Source: Macrostomum lignano (taxonomy: Eukaryota). Taken from it: 64,000 nucleotides of DNA. The stretch is taken from NCBI GenBank assembly GCA_002269645.1, contig NIVC01001985.1:91042-155041 (forward strand), written 5' to 3'. Below are positions 1 through 11,730 of this stretch, one piece after another. The translations under genes were made by a program, and so were the position numbers. Each line of letters starts with the position of its first letter. The first letter of the stretch is position 1. A model generated the notes under the pieces. The model was not told where the DNA came from. It searched no databases and saw only the letters and a program-made list of their open reading frames with translations.

Positions 1-86
1 CAGCCTTTTTTTCCCTGCTTGATTGTTTTCTGGGAGTCACCTTTGTTAGAACTAGCAGATGCAACCTTTAAGTACTCACAAAAAGC

Positions 87-700
87 TCATTTTGCTGTGG
101 CAAGGGTACTGGCTGGAATTTTGATATCTGCATTCAGGTTAACATAACTTGCCTGAGCCTGGTTTGAAGCATCCTTGCCAACTTCAAACAGACCACTGCT
201 CTGTAGCAATGACATATCTTTTCCAGCACTATTGCTATTTGGGATGATGCTGCAGACCACTATACTCTCCAGCGCTTTTGTAGCCTCATGCAGTCTGGCA
301 GTCATCTCCGGACTATGACTGAGTGACGGAGATTGTAGCTATGACTTTTTTGCTATCCTTGACAACATTTAGATTTCAAATCATAGCCAGTGAGGCATCA
401 GTGAGATTCTACTGATAGCAGGTCAGGATGAGGCCTCTAGGATGCAGCACTCAGTCTCAAGCATCTTGACACTCCATTTATACTTGTCTAGTATCTGTTC
501 TGCACTTTGTCTGTTGGCGGCCACCAACAAGCGCAACTTCTCAACTTGTTCTTGCAACCACAAGATCTCTGCCATGAACAGAGCAGAACAAGTCTTTGTC
601 ATGCAGCCACATGTTTTTCTCCATTTCGGTATACAAACTCAAAAGGTCTTGCTGCAGAGCAGGGCAACGAGTGCAGCCAAGTAGATGGTTGGTACTAGTG
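87..700 (-). mobile_element. Possible degraded non-LTR retrotransposon (CR1/L2-like) ORF1 remnant
   Basis: Broken minus-strand frames give CTRCPALQQDLLSLYTEMEK (CxxC followed by leucine-zipper-like heptads, ~620-680), LQEQVEKLRLLVAANRQSAEQILDKY (coiled-coil-like, ~480-560) and ESIVVCSIIP (SGNH/esterase-like strand, ~240-270). The resemblance is by eye only; frames are interrupted. Confidence 0.3.
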
Positions 701-1309
701 ACTATAGCCTTCAGCACTTTAAGGCAACTTCCAATTCTCCCTTAGTGAAGTATGGGCCCTTGAAAATTGTGGCTTTGTGCAGGGCTTTGTGCAGGGCCTT
801 GTAGATGAAAAAAGTCAACCACTGACAGTCTGATACTGACTGTTTTGCATGATTGGCAGCAAATTTCAGTTTACTTTCAAGTAAACAACAGTCAGTGTGT
901 GTACTTAATGCCAAAAATATATACATCTAAGTTACAAGTGAGGTAGGAGCCAAATGACTGTCAGATGAGTGTTGAATGAGTGTTGTAGGGCAGTGTCACA
1001 TGTTAGCATGCCAGCAACAGTCTAGGCCAATGTTATATGGCAGTGTTGCATATCAGTGTCGTGCCAGCAACAGTAGAGATAAGTGTCATTTAGTGTCATT
1101 TCTAGAAAGCTGTGACAGTGCGAGTGTCCTTGAGTGTCACAACCATGCTAACCATTTTATGCCAAGAATATACTGCTTAGGCCTATAGAAATATACAAAG
1201 ACACTATAGAATTATACTAAGATACTACTAAAACTATACTAGTTATGCTAATACATTGCTAAAAAAGTAGAATTGAACACTATAACAATATTGGTAATAG
1301 CTATGAGAT

Positions 1310-1585
1310 CATACATGCGCAACCCCCCTGATTTACACTGGCCATGGGACTTACTTTTTTTACCAAAAATGCGAAATACCTGTGAAAGAAACTAAAGCAA
1401 CATTAACACAATTTTGGGTAAACGGCAGAAGTAACTATGACTGTCTTACAAGGGCTAAATGCCTCGTCATCTAATTAGTATTACGTCTGTATTCTTTGGG
1501 GTGGGCATTTTTGCGACTTACCCCTGGTCCGCCACAATTTACGGTGGCCAGATTGGCTAGGTCGGCCAGCAGTTGCGCATGTATG
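1310..1585 (+). mobile_element. MITE family A copy 1 (hAT- or P-superfamily type), carrying a 28S rRNA-derived segment
   Basis: Perfect 14-bp TIR CATACATGCGCAAC (1310-1323) / GTTGCGCATGTATG (1572-1585), perfect 8-bp TSD TATGAGAT (1302-1309, 1586-1593). Homologous copies at 19679-19814 and 49171-49539. Confidence 0.85.
1416..1479 (+). other. 28S rRNA-derived fragment (helix 69 to helix 71 region) inside MITE; not an rRNA gene
   Basis: GGGTAAACGGCAGAAGTAACTATGACTGTCTTACAAGGGCTAAATGCCTCGTCATCTAATTAGT matches the conserved eukaryotic LSU sequence GGGTAAACGGCGGGAGTAACTATGACTCTCTTAAGGTAGCCAAATGCCTCGTCATCTAATTAGT at 55/64 ungapped positions (manual alignment). Confidence 0.85.
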
Positions 1586-2094
1586 TATGAGATGAGATCA
1601 TTTATTAGGTAGAACAACAAGTACCATTACAATTTGGTATTGGTGATATCAACAGAATATACTATTGTACCACTAGTTTTTGGTTTCTAGTTCATTTGTC
1701 CATTGAGAGTTTGTTTGCTAGGTAGACAAAAAGCCTTCTTCTTCTAAAACTATTTGTCTGCACGGACCACATAGGTGAGGCCAAGGGCAAATGTCTTCTA
1801 TTTTATCCCTTCTTCAATCTTGTCTATTTTTCCCCTCCTTTCTTTGCTATCTTTTCTCTCTCTTCTCTTTTCTGTTCCCCTTCTTATTACTTTCTCCTTC
1901 TTTCCTCTCTCCTTTCTCTTCCCTTTCTACGTTTTTCATATTGTTTAAGTAACTAATACTAAAGTAACGAAATCTCTAGTTCTTACCAAGATTTACAATG
2001 GCAATAGCCTACTTATCAGTTGGCTTCCAATAAGCCTCCTTTGCTATCTACCTTCTTTGATAGTGGCAGATACTAAGTGGCTTCCCCATTGTCT

Positions 2095-2720
2095 TCATTT
2101 ATCTTAACTTAAACCCCTACCATTCCAACCCTAATGTGCATATAGTGTCAAAATTTTGTTCAAGTCCTTGACCCTAGGGACTTGAAAGCTCCCTTTGTAT
2201 TGAAAGTGAAAACATATCTTAACTTTAACTTTCCCCTATTTTAATCCAACCTCAATGTGCATATAGTGTCAAACATTTTTGTCTTATTTGCTTGAATCCC
2301 TAATTATAATGACTTAAGAGCTTCTCTTACATTGAAAATGAAAATAGGGCCTATTTATCTTAAATTCAATCTCTAACATCCCAACTCCATCCTAGTCCCC
2401 AACCCTAGGAATTTAAGAGCACCCCTTGAAAGTGAAAACATTAGGCCCTAATCATAACATTAGCCCCCTACCACTTAACTACCATAGCATATATGCAGCA
2501 TCAAAACCCTACTGCTAAGTCCCCAAATCCATGCAGAAGTAGGGACTTAAGACTTAAGAGCTCCCCTTTGAAAATGAAAAAATCATCTTGACTTTAGCTC
2601 CTACTATCTAACCACAACATGGCATTGACAATCTATATTGATGCTTGAGTCCTAACTTAACTTCCAGGACTTATAAGTTCCCCTCACCTTGAAACTAGCA
2701 ACATTCATTTATTTCTACTA
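2095..2720. repeat. Degenerate tandem repeat, about 5 units of ~115-130 bp
   Basis: Recurring ATCTTAACTT...AATGTGCATATAGTGTCAAA...CTAGGGACTT...CTCCCTTTG..TTGAAAGTGAAAACAT motifs; a related fragment occurs near 12170-12215. Confidence 0.6.
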
Positions 2721-5700
2721 GGCCTATCTTAACCTTATCAAATTAATAACTTTGATAGTCTTTAAATAACTAATTAAGTAATATTACTAGATATAGGAAC
2801 TAGATATAAGAACTATGTGTTCCTGTAACCATAATCTTTATCCATATGCTTTGGCAAAAAACCTAAATATCCATAGCTTCCCATAGCCATATCTGTAGCT
2901 ATAGTAGAACTATATATTTCACAATATATATCTAATATCTATAGAAAGAATAATAAGCTTGGTTAAAAACCAGTGGAGCAAGTAAAATTATAAAACATAA
3001 GAACTAAGCAACATATCAAAAAACCAGGGGTGAATCTAGAAACTTTTTGAGGGGGGGGGGCAAGCTATACCAAGCAAATAAACTCTAACACTAAAAATAT
3101 ACCTTGAATAGTTATAGGCCAAAAATTATGGCCCATTTTTGGCTCATGGCCACCTTGGCTTCTGTCAAAAACACAATATGCTATGAGTTCAATATTGATT
3201 TACTTTGTCTTTAGTGGCATCACTAAATCAAGCTAAAAAACTAAAACCTGCACTGTACTCAAATTCATGTTGGTAAATAGTGTGAATGATTTGTTGTTGT
3301 TAATAGGGGGTGGAAAGCCAGGGGCTTACCGCAGATCAGCCTGAAAGGGGGCTCTACCGCAAGGATCTGAAAGGGTCATACTGCCAGGGGCATGTAGCCC
3401 AAGAGGCCACAATTGAGACCAGAGCTCAGGACTCTAGTGAGAGCCTAGTGAATTGGTGCTACTAGCCCAAACCTATGGTACAAGACACCGCCAACCCAAA
3501 AAGTGGAATCAGGGATGGTGCTAGGACCGAGTCCACACAGGCCACCACCCAGCAGACAAGTCCTCGGGAGTGCGCAGAAAAAGTTGGAATTAGCGAAAAA
3601 AAGCTTGGGTTACTAATAAAAATGGTCCGAGAGCGGGGAAACCCCAAAGTCTATGGAAATGGCTTGTTTCCGAGGGCGAGACTCCAGACAGGAAGACCGT
3701 CTACCGGGTACAAACCCAAGGGTATCGCCTATCCAGTATCCAGCTCTGCTCAATATTGGAGGCCAGGCCAAGGGGTCGGTCGGGAAGGGGTACAAGGGGC
3801 AAGAGGACCCGGACTCAGCCGGTATCCCCGAATCGGGCAAACTCATTCCCCAGGACACCAGTCCACTGTCAGGATGAGAGCCAGAGACACTTAGGCAGGG
3901 AGACAGCCAGAGGAGCCAGCAGATGGACCAAGGACAGCCAACAGCGAACAGCGCAGGATGGACCGGGCAGGGAGGGCAGAGGTTATAACTCCGGATAATT
4001 ACAGTAAAGATTTACAGTAAAGATTATACTAAATTTCATCTACTCTGCAATCTTTCTGCAATCTGCAGAAAGGGGCCGAGGTTTTAGCTGATAGGCTAAA
4101 AACTTTCTTTGCAGTAAGGAACTATGAGCATACTTCATAGAAAACAGAAACTTTGAAATTTACTTTCTGAATTAAAACAGAAAATATATTGAATTTTGTA
4201 AAAATGAGTCAAAGGCAGTCCAGCTGAATATAAAACTCAATATTAAGAAAAATAATCATTTGAATAAAGCACAATGGTGAGTCAGAATTGAATTCAGACT
4301 ATTGATAGAAGTGTGTGGATTACTGACTAGTTTAAAGCGGAGATTCATCATTCAGGACTGGTCAGCAGGAGAATTTAATTTCAAAAGTCACTTATTTCGC
4401 TCACTTTGTCATCGGCTTAATTGAATCAGAGTTTTTGACAACTGAATCATGAAGATGTTGTCGTAGGCCTAGCGATTGGCTATCTCAAAGTAAATTTTAG
4501 GAATGCTATTTCGCTTAAAAGCCTTAAATAAGGAATGCAAAAAACAAGAAGATAATTGCAAACATGTGCATTCTTTTCAATTGATATTGTTGACGAAAGT
4601 AGGCCTAGGCCTATTATGACAAATATTATGACGAATATTTTTTGTTTCACATGTGGAACTTGCAGCATTGTTGGGTGACAGTATTTTGTAATTGGAAGGT
4701 AATAAAATAAAAGTACGGGCCAAGAGTTTTGAAACAGGTTTAAGTAGGTCTAGGCCTAGCCATAGTAGAATAGTCAAAAGTTCAAAGAATAGTACTAGCC
4801 ACCTTTCCTGTCAATTGTACATTTAGGGTTGGCTTTAACTGTTTGATATAATATACAGGGCTTCCAGCACATTTAGCTTGTGGTGGTATTGAATCTAGTC
4901 AATAGGCATAGGCCTAATTTTAAACTTCTGATCATTTATTTATTTTTAATGTTGATATATTGCATATTAGCAAATGGTCATATATTTGTTATATGACTTA
5001 ATAGAAGTTAATTTCTTATTTTAAGGCATGAAAGTGAGGCTTAAAAGAAAAAATTGGTGAGGCCTAATAGGATTGCATGGTTTGCACCTATACTATAGGG
5101 GCCTATTTATTCCTATATACAATTTTTTGGCACATAGGGCATGTGGATGTGCTCCCCTATTAAGTTGGATTTTTTTTTGGAAAATATGCATTATCTTATC
5201 ATGTATATATCTTATGTATATATACAATATGTACCTTAGTAGGCCTAATCTCAAATTTGTACAGGCAGACTATGCCCCACTCCTTATTCAAAATTTTCTA
5301 GATCTATACCTAGTGGCAGAAACAGGAAGGTAGGGGTAACCAGCTGCCTCCCTCTTGCTATAGTTGGACTTGCATGTATAATTATAAAGGAAGAATATTG
5401 CAATTTTTGGGCTTATTTTGGGCAAATCCAAAAAGTTACAGTAATCTCTCTTATTTTGGAAATCTTAGATGTGCCACCCAAGGTGAAATTTATCCTAAAA
5501 ACAATTAATATATTTTGCATAGAAAGTGAAAAATAGATGCATATATGCACATAAAACTTCATTAAAAAATTTCTTTGGTCCTAAAAAAGCTTTAATAAAT
5601 TAGTATTAATACTAATGTTGCCATTGCTACATTTAAATCTAACAATATATGCACTCTTCTAGCAAAAATCCACTGTTCTGTGCACTTTTCTTTGTTAATT

Positions 5701-6374
5701 TTTTTGTTTTGCATGCTTGATGTATGAAGAATACCTTGGCCCACCATTGAGGGTAGGCCTATATATGCATATTCTGTATAAAAAACAAGCTAATAATGCC
5801 AATAGTTTAACCTACTCATTTATTTATTATTATTGTAAAAATGACTATGCCTAAAAATTGGGGGGGGTCTATTTTTTAATTTTGAACTTAATTTTTAATT
5901 TAGGCCTATAATTTAGCCTTGATAGTAAGCCTATCAAAAAGCAAACTGGGATACTAAATGCTAGATACCAAAAACTAGACACTAAAAAACATCGATAGGC
6001 CTAGGCCATAGATACTAGAATTAGAATAACTAGATATGTCACTTACAAAAAATGCATTCAACTACTCTTTTTGTAGTACCGAAAGTAGCATTTTTTGAAT
6101 TTTTTATATAAGGAATAACTTTTAATGCAATTAGAATCTTTTAACTATCTTAAAAAAATGTCCTGGTATGGTTTTTGCTAGGCTTTATTGGAACAGGGCT
6201 ACCCAAATTATTATCTTTAAATGCAGAGACTTGTTAAAACCTACTTTTTTATTCTTTTGCTTTCAAATTTAAGATAGCACACAAATTTCAAAACTAGAAA
6301 GATTGAGTAAGATTTTATTTAATTATTTCTGCATACACAAAGTAACAAATTAAATGGCTAAACATTTTCAAGTA

Positions 6375-8060
6375 GGGTTATTCCATGATAGGGTCATCAA
6401 AGGTATAGAAATTTTTTTAAAAATTATTTGCAAATGTGAATATTTCATTTTGCATATAATTATGTATAGTTTCATTTTTATGTAGTTTCATACACATTTA
6501 TCTACCTCTAGGTATATATATTTTGTTTTGATCATGGTACCTTTGCAAGATTTTAAATGTCCCGCGGGACATTATAAAAAGTTTAATCTAGTTTTCAATA
6601 AGAAAAAAAGTTAATAAACATAATGCATCAAGTGCATAAATAATAAAAATCTTTCTTTCTTATATCTAAAGACTGAAATTATAAAATTCTATGATCTAAT
6701 ATAGTTCTATCTATCATAATTTTTTATTTCAAAAAGTTTGACTTCCCTTTTTTAAGTGTTAAAAACGACCATCATTTTTTTTACAAAAAGTTGTTGTACT
6801 AATTTTCAAGAGGTTTATAAGTTGATAATTTTTTGCTAAAATATTTTCTGAGCCTATATTTAAGTTTATAGTCATTTTTGTTAGTTTATGATAAGTGTAA
6901 CATGCTAAAAAAACCCTGCAAAGTTACCTAACGACCATCATTTTCTGGTATTCTGAAATTTGTTGATCTTCATAAAACCTGAATTACTATCATTTATTCC
7001 TAAATTTTATACAAAAAACTGAATTTACTGATATTCTAAAATCATGTCTTTTTTAATGTGAATTACTTATTCAATTTCTCTTTCAAAGTTTTTACAGTTT
7101 TGATTGTAAAGAAAAATATAGTGGAATTCAAGTCTTTTATTAAAAATGTATACTTTCAATTACTTGTTTGATACCTTAAAATCATTTTCAACCTGCACTA
7201 TTAAAAAGGTTGTTCCAATTACTAACCATGCACCTAAAACTCTCCACTTTAGTTTGCAATGCACCTTAACACATGCCCCAATCTTCAGCATAAGTAGTCT
7301 AACTAGACTCAAGTTTTTACTATCCTTTGGTGCTACTGCTTATTGCCTAACAAATAATCTGTATTTGCCTTTGGTTTTATTAATTGTTATATTCTATTCT
7401 TTGAATTCTTGAATAGATTAGGACTGTCCATCTTTATGATCATATGTTGAGTTGTGCAATCATGAAGTGATGTTTTTGTTGAAGGTGCATAAGTACATTT
7501 GATCTGAAATGTGAAACAGGTATAATAAATTTTATGGTTAGACAAGCAAGTTATAGTTTTTATATGAACAACTATGGATTATAAACAATCTTTTAACCAA
7601 GATTGTATCTAAAAATAAAGAATCCTAATACACTTTTTAAAACTGAAGGTCGTTTTTTTGAAACAAACGACCGTCAGTCAACGACCGTCATTTAAGAAAA
7701 AATGTGCAACACAGTTAAAGTTATCTACTAAAATGTAATAATTGTTTGTAACCATTCATCTAGCTATTGTTTACTACAATTAATGATCAATTGAGACACA
7801 AGCTTGCCTGATTCGCAGGAATCTTAAACTTAAGTTATAAAGTTGGATACATAAACTTTCACCAAAAACGACCGTCATCAAAAGTTTCTCTCTGCTAAAT
7901 CAACACAGTAAGACAAATGACTTTAAAATTTATCTCATCTTAATCTAGAGGTCACGCCCATAAATATAGAACTCACAAAGTCTCAATTTAGTTTGTCTTT
8001 TGTATGATTACTGATTATTATTTGCTCCAACCCAACGACCGTCATCTCGTGGAATTACCC
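6375..8060. mobile_element. Non-autonomous DNA transposon, Sola2-like termini
   Basis: Imperfect TIR GGGTTATTCCATGA / reverse complement GGGTAATTCCACGA (12/14), 4-bp TSD AGTA on both sides (6371-6374, 8061-8064). Internal AACGACC(G/A)TCA repeats at 6764, 6930, 7666, 7680, 7867, 8034. No transposase ORF. Confidence 0.6.
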
Positions 8061-8149
8061 AGTAAGCAAAAATTGCTTAATTGCCTGAATGCTTAATAGT
8101 AATCTTGAAACATAAAAATTAGTTGCTTTTTTGCTTTTTAAATTGCACA

Positions 8150-11100
8150 TCACTTGATGGCAGCAACTTGCAGTCTCCGCATCTTTTTGCAATACAAGTG
8201 ATGCAACCATAAGCAAACAAATGTTTTGAAGATACTACAATATGCTTTATCAGAGTGTGAACTACATGTTGGAAAGTGGATTTCTTTAGAAAAAAGCTTT
8301 TTGATGATCAGTGCAGCTACTTTTAGATGTAAAATGTTGGTCTTAACTTGCACCACAAAGAAAGCTTCCATTTTGGAAAATGCTTTAAGGGTTGCAACTG
8401 ATAGTTGCATCAATCTGCTAATTGTCTGTAAGTGCAGCTTGTTCTTTAAATGCACACCTAAAGGCCAGCGCCAGTCAGCAGCTCTTTGCATGCACAATAG
8501 TTGAGGACACAGCTGCTCTTGAGCACAAAGCTGCCTACATACTCGGTGGCTTCAGCAAGAATTAGATCTGTATTAGATGCAGGCTGCAATGCTTTCAATT
8601 GGACCCTGGTTGTTAAAGAGCCAGTTTAAGATACACAGCTGACATTTGCTGAAGCAGACTCAATAGAAATAGACTCAATAGAAGCAGACTCAACAGAAGC
8701 AGACTTGAGACCAATTGTAACAGCAGCTGGTGCATCCCTCATCTTCACAATTCCATGCTGCAGAATCAAGGCAATTGAGTCTATTTGCTGTCACGGATTT
8801 AGTGGCATAGCCAGGAATTTCAATTGGAGAGGGCCAAGTTGGCCTGGCTGGCCATGCCTTATCCCATTGCCACTTTTAGTGCCATAGGCACTCATTTTGA
8901 CACTGCAGGCACTCACTTTGGCACTTTGGCACTGATTTTAGTGCTGCAAGCATTCAATTACCTCATGGTTTTTGGTACCTGCCACACCCAACCTTACCCT
9001 CATCTCACCTAGGCGATTGGGGGGGGGGTGCTTCCCCAGCCCCCTGGCTATGCCATTGCATGGATCTCAATGCTCCAATAAATGCTGTAAATTTGGGCTT
9101 CTCATAAAAACATTTCAGCCTCTGATGATGCTAAAGAGGTTTTGGAATGCATTGATATATAATACAATGCAAGTGATTATATTCCAATGTGATTAATAGC
9201 CATTATTACTCATATTGATTTATATGCTCACTCACTTCTATATGATCTTGAATCAGCCTGCAAGTACAGATGAAGTCAAAGCCTTTATCATTGATCAGCA
9301 CAGTTGACAGCTTGCATATTGCTATGGCTGAAAGGCACCAGGCCTCTTGAAACTTCATCTTGGACTTTTGTGCTTTGCCATTCCTAGGGAAAAACCCCAA
9401 GCTCTCCAGAAAGTCTTCAGCCTTGTGCAGCTCACTTATTTGGGCAGCAAGTGACTTAATAGGAGATTGGTTTCTTGAAGCCTTTGTCAAACATGTGCAT
9501 GGAGTTCAGCATATTGAACATGTCATTCACTCACTGTAGAAACTCAGCCATCTGCAATGTGCTAAGCTCCATTTCCCAATGGTGCACCAGTGTTTGAATA
9601 CTAGTAGATATTGAATGGCTAAGTATTTGAGCTGCAATTAAGACATGTATCTTCTGGTCAAGTGGCAAGGTGATATGTGCATCACTCAATTGATTTGCCA
9701 ATCGAAAAGAATGGTGCCATCTGCTTTGTAAAATTCTTCTACATGTAGCCATTTTGCAAGCTTATTATTGTCAAAAGCCATGTGGTTCTTTGTGAGAAAA
9801 TTTTGCAGGTTTTTAAGGCAATATGGTATGTCTACGATGATGTATATAGACTTTAGGCTCACAAGATGATGGAAAAATGGTGTGGATAGCAATACTTGGA
9901 AAATTAAAAAGATTATTTTGGATTAGACTATTATTTAAATATTAGATTAGACAAGTGTAATTCAATTATTTTATAGTTTTTTATAATGCTACTATTTATT
10001 CATTTTTTTATTTTAGGAATATTAATTGCAAATGTAACTTATAAATTGGTAGAGAAATTCCCATTGTGTTGTCTCTTGGTCAGCAACAAGAGCCAATATT
10101 CAAACCCCAATTTAGTGACTTGCCTGGAGACACTTGTCAATTGCAGAAGCAAAGCCCATCTGCCCAAAAGTTTGATAAACAGAGTAATAGGCAATAGCCT
10201 GCTTCTAGTTGCCTGAAACTCCTTGTAAGACAGTGACAATGGCTTCATTGATTGGCTTTAGAAGTCCCTGAGCATCTTTAGTGGAGTTGTCTAGGTCGAA
10301 GCCAATTACTTCATCCTTATGCTGATCATAGCAAACGCTAGGTTATAGGCTCATCCTATCAAAGCACAGGGTTGCTAGGTGCAGGTGATCTGATTCCATA
10401 CCAAGCTTCTGCTTCAATAACACCACTGTTGTTGAGCAGACTCATGCAACTTGAAGAATCAACATGTACATGTCCAGTGCTTAAGTGCAGACTCCGAGGG
10501 AAGAGGCAATTGCCACTGCTTTCTTAGCATCTTATATGCAGCTAGACTCTTATGGTGAAGCTTTATTGACAAAGTCAGGTCATATTTTGACCATCCCTAT
10601 TGGAATAAATGTTGAAAACCTGTGGACACGCACTTTAGAAAAGAAGTCAAACTATTTTACCACACTTTAAGATTATTAGAGATGTTCCATTTCATTGAAA
10701 TCAAAATTTGCTAACTTTCCAAAATTAAAATTGAAATTTTCCGAAATCAAAATTCAGAAAAACAAAGTTTAGTATGACTAACACTCACTATTTTACTTTC
10801 ATTTACTGCTTATGCAAAAGGAAATACATGTATATGTAGCAGAAATTAGTTTATTTTTAGCAACTTTTTTAGACACTTCCAAAATTTTGACTTCTAATTT
10901 TTTTGAAATTGTAATTTGATTTGCTCTTAAAAATTCAAATTTTGGAAAATGAAATCAAAATTTTGGAACTTCTCTAAGCTTTATAAATTACAAGTGTATA
11001 GGCACCTTCTACAGAGGTATTAGACCCCTTTCCATGTATATGTATTTGCTAGAGCAGCAGCTAGCAGGAAAGGGCAGTGTGCACACAGGTGCTGCACACC

Positions 11101-11730
11101 TGTGCGTGTATTGCACTTTAGAAAAATTTCAAAGGTGCACCAGATGCCATCCGCAGTTTTACAACTTTTTCCTATAGGGTTGACCAAATCATTTTGTCTT
11201 ATGGTATATTGCATTGCTTCAGAATTTGACTTTCTTTGTCTTCCTGATCTGTTGGTGCTAGTTGATCGCTTGCTGTCTGTGTATATACTGACGTGCCTTC
11301 TTTAGTTTACTTATGTTTTTCATGCTTTGTTGACGAGGCCATAGGTTGTATGCAATCCTGAAGTCCAGATAGCAGCAACAGTAGTAAAGTATGAGCAGTA
11401 GCAGCGGATTCTAAGTCCCAATGCTCCAATTGAGGTGGATAAGTGTTGTCTGCTTATTTCTCACTTCTAGAGATAAGCAGTTCTGCATTGTAACAAGTGA
11501 GACAAGGCATTGTTAGTTCAAGGTCTGGCAGAGTGTCCTAGCACAGGCATGCTCCAGCAGAATGTTACAAAGCTGGGCAATTGTAGGCGCTGCCCAGAAA
11601 GTGCAAACTGCAGACTCATAGTTTCTGTTTGTGAATGTCTACAAGTTCTATGAAATTGAGCTCTGGAATCTGCTGCCAATGCTGAGCAACTTTATCATTG
11701 CTCGGAAAGAAATGGAGGCAAATCAGTATT
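8150..11730 (-). mobile_element. Degraded THAP-domain P-element/THAP9-family transposase
   Basis: Minus strand in order: THAP domain LHFFPSNDKVAQHW...KL*VCSLHF (11723-11595); LCFDRMSL*PSVCYDQHKDEVIGFD...GN*KQAIAYY (first catalytic D ~10358); ILALVADQE (second D ~10080); VDIPYCLKNLQN; LANQLSDAHI...VLIAAQILSHS; RLIQDHIE/NLFSIIRG (catalytic E motif); EYVGSFVLK and C-terminal CSSH...FVCLWLHH. Multiple stops and frameshifts. Confidence 0.85.
8800..9058. mobile_element. MITE family B nested inside the P-element relic
   Basis: TIR TAGTGGCATAGCCAGG / CCTGGCTATGCCATTG; degenerate 8-bp TSD CACGGATT / CATGGATC; G-run before the right TIR. Confidence 0.7.

Noticed and set aside
1416-1479. Functional rRNA gene
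   Set aside because: Only 64 nt, diverged, and enclosed by TIRs and a TSD; no flanking rDNA.
1593-1603. bantam-like TGAGATCATTT
   Set aside because: Short match overlapping the MITE TSD; no hairpin.
3400-4000. GC-richer island with overlapping ORFs, faintly gag-like (SLWKWLVSEG)
   Set aside because: Fragmented frames with no zinc knuckle, protease, RT or LTRs; cannot be classified by eye.
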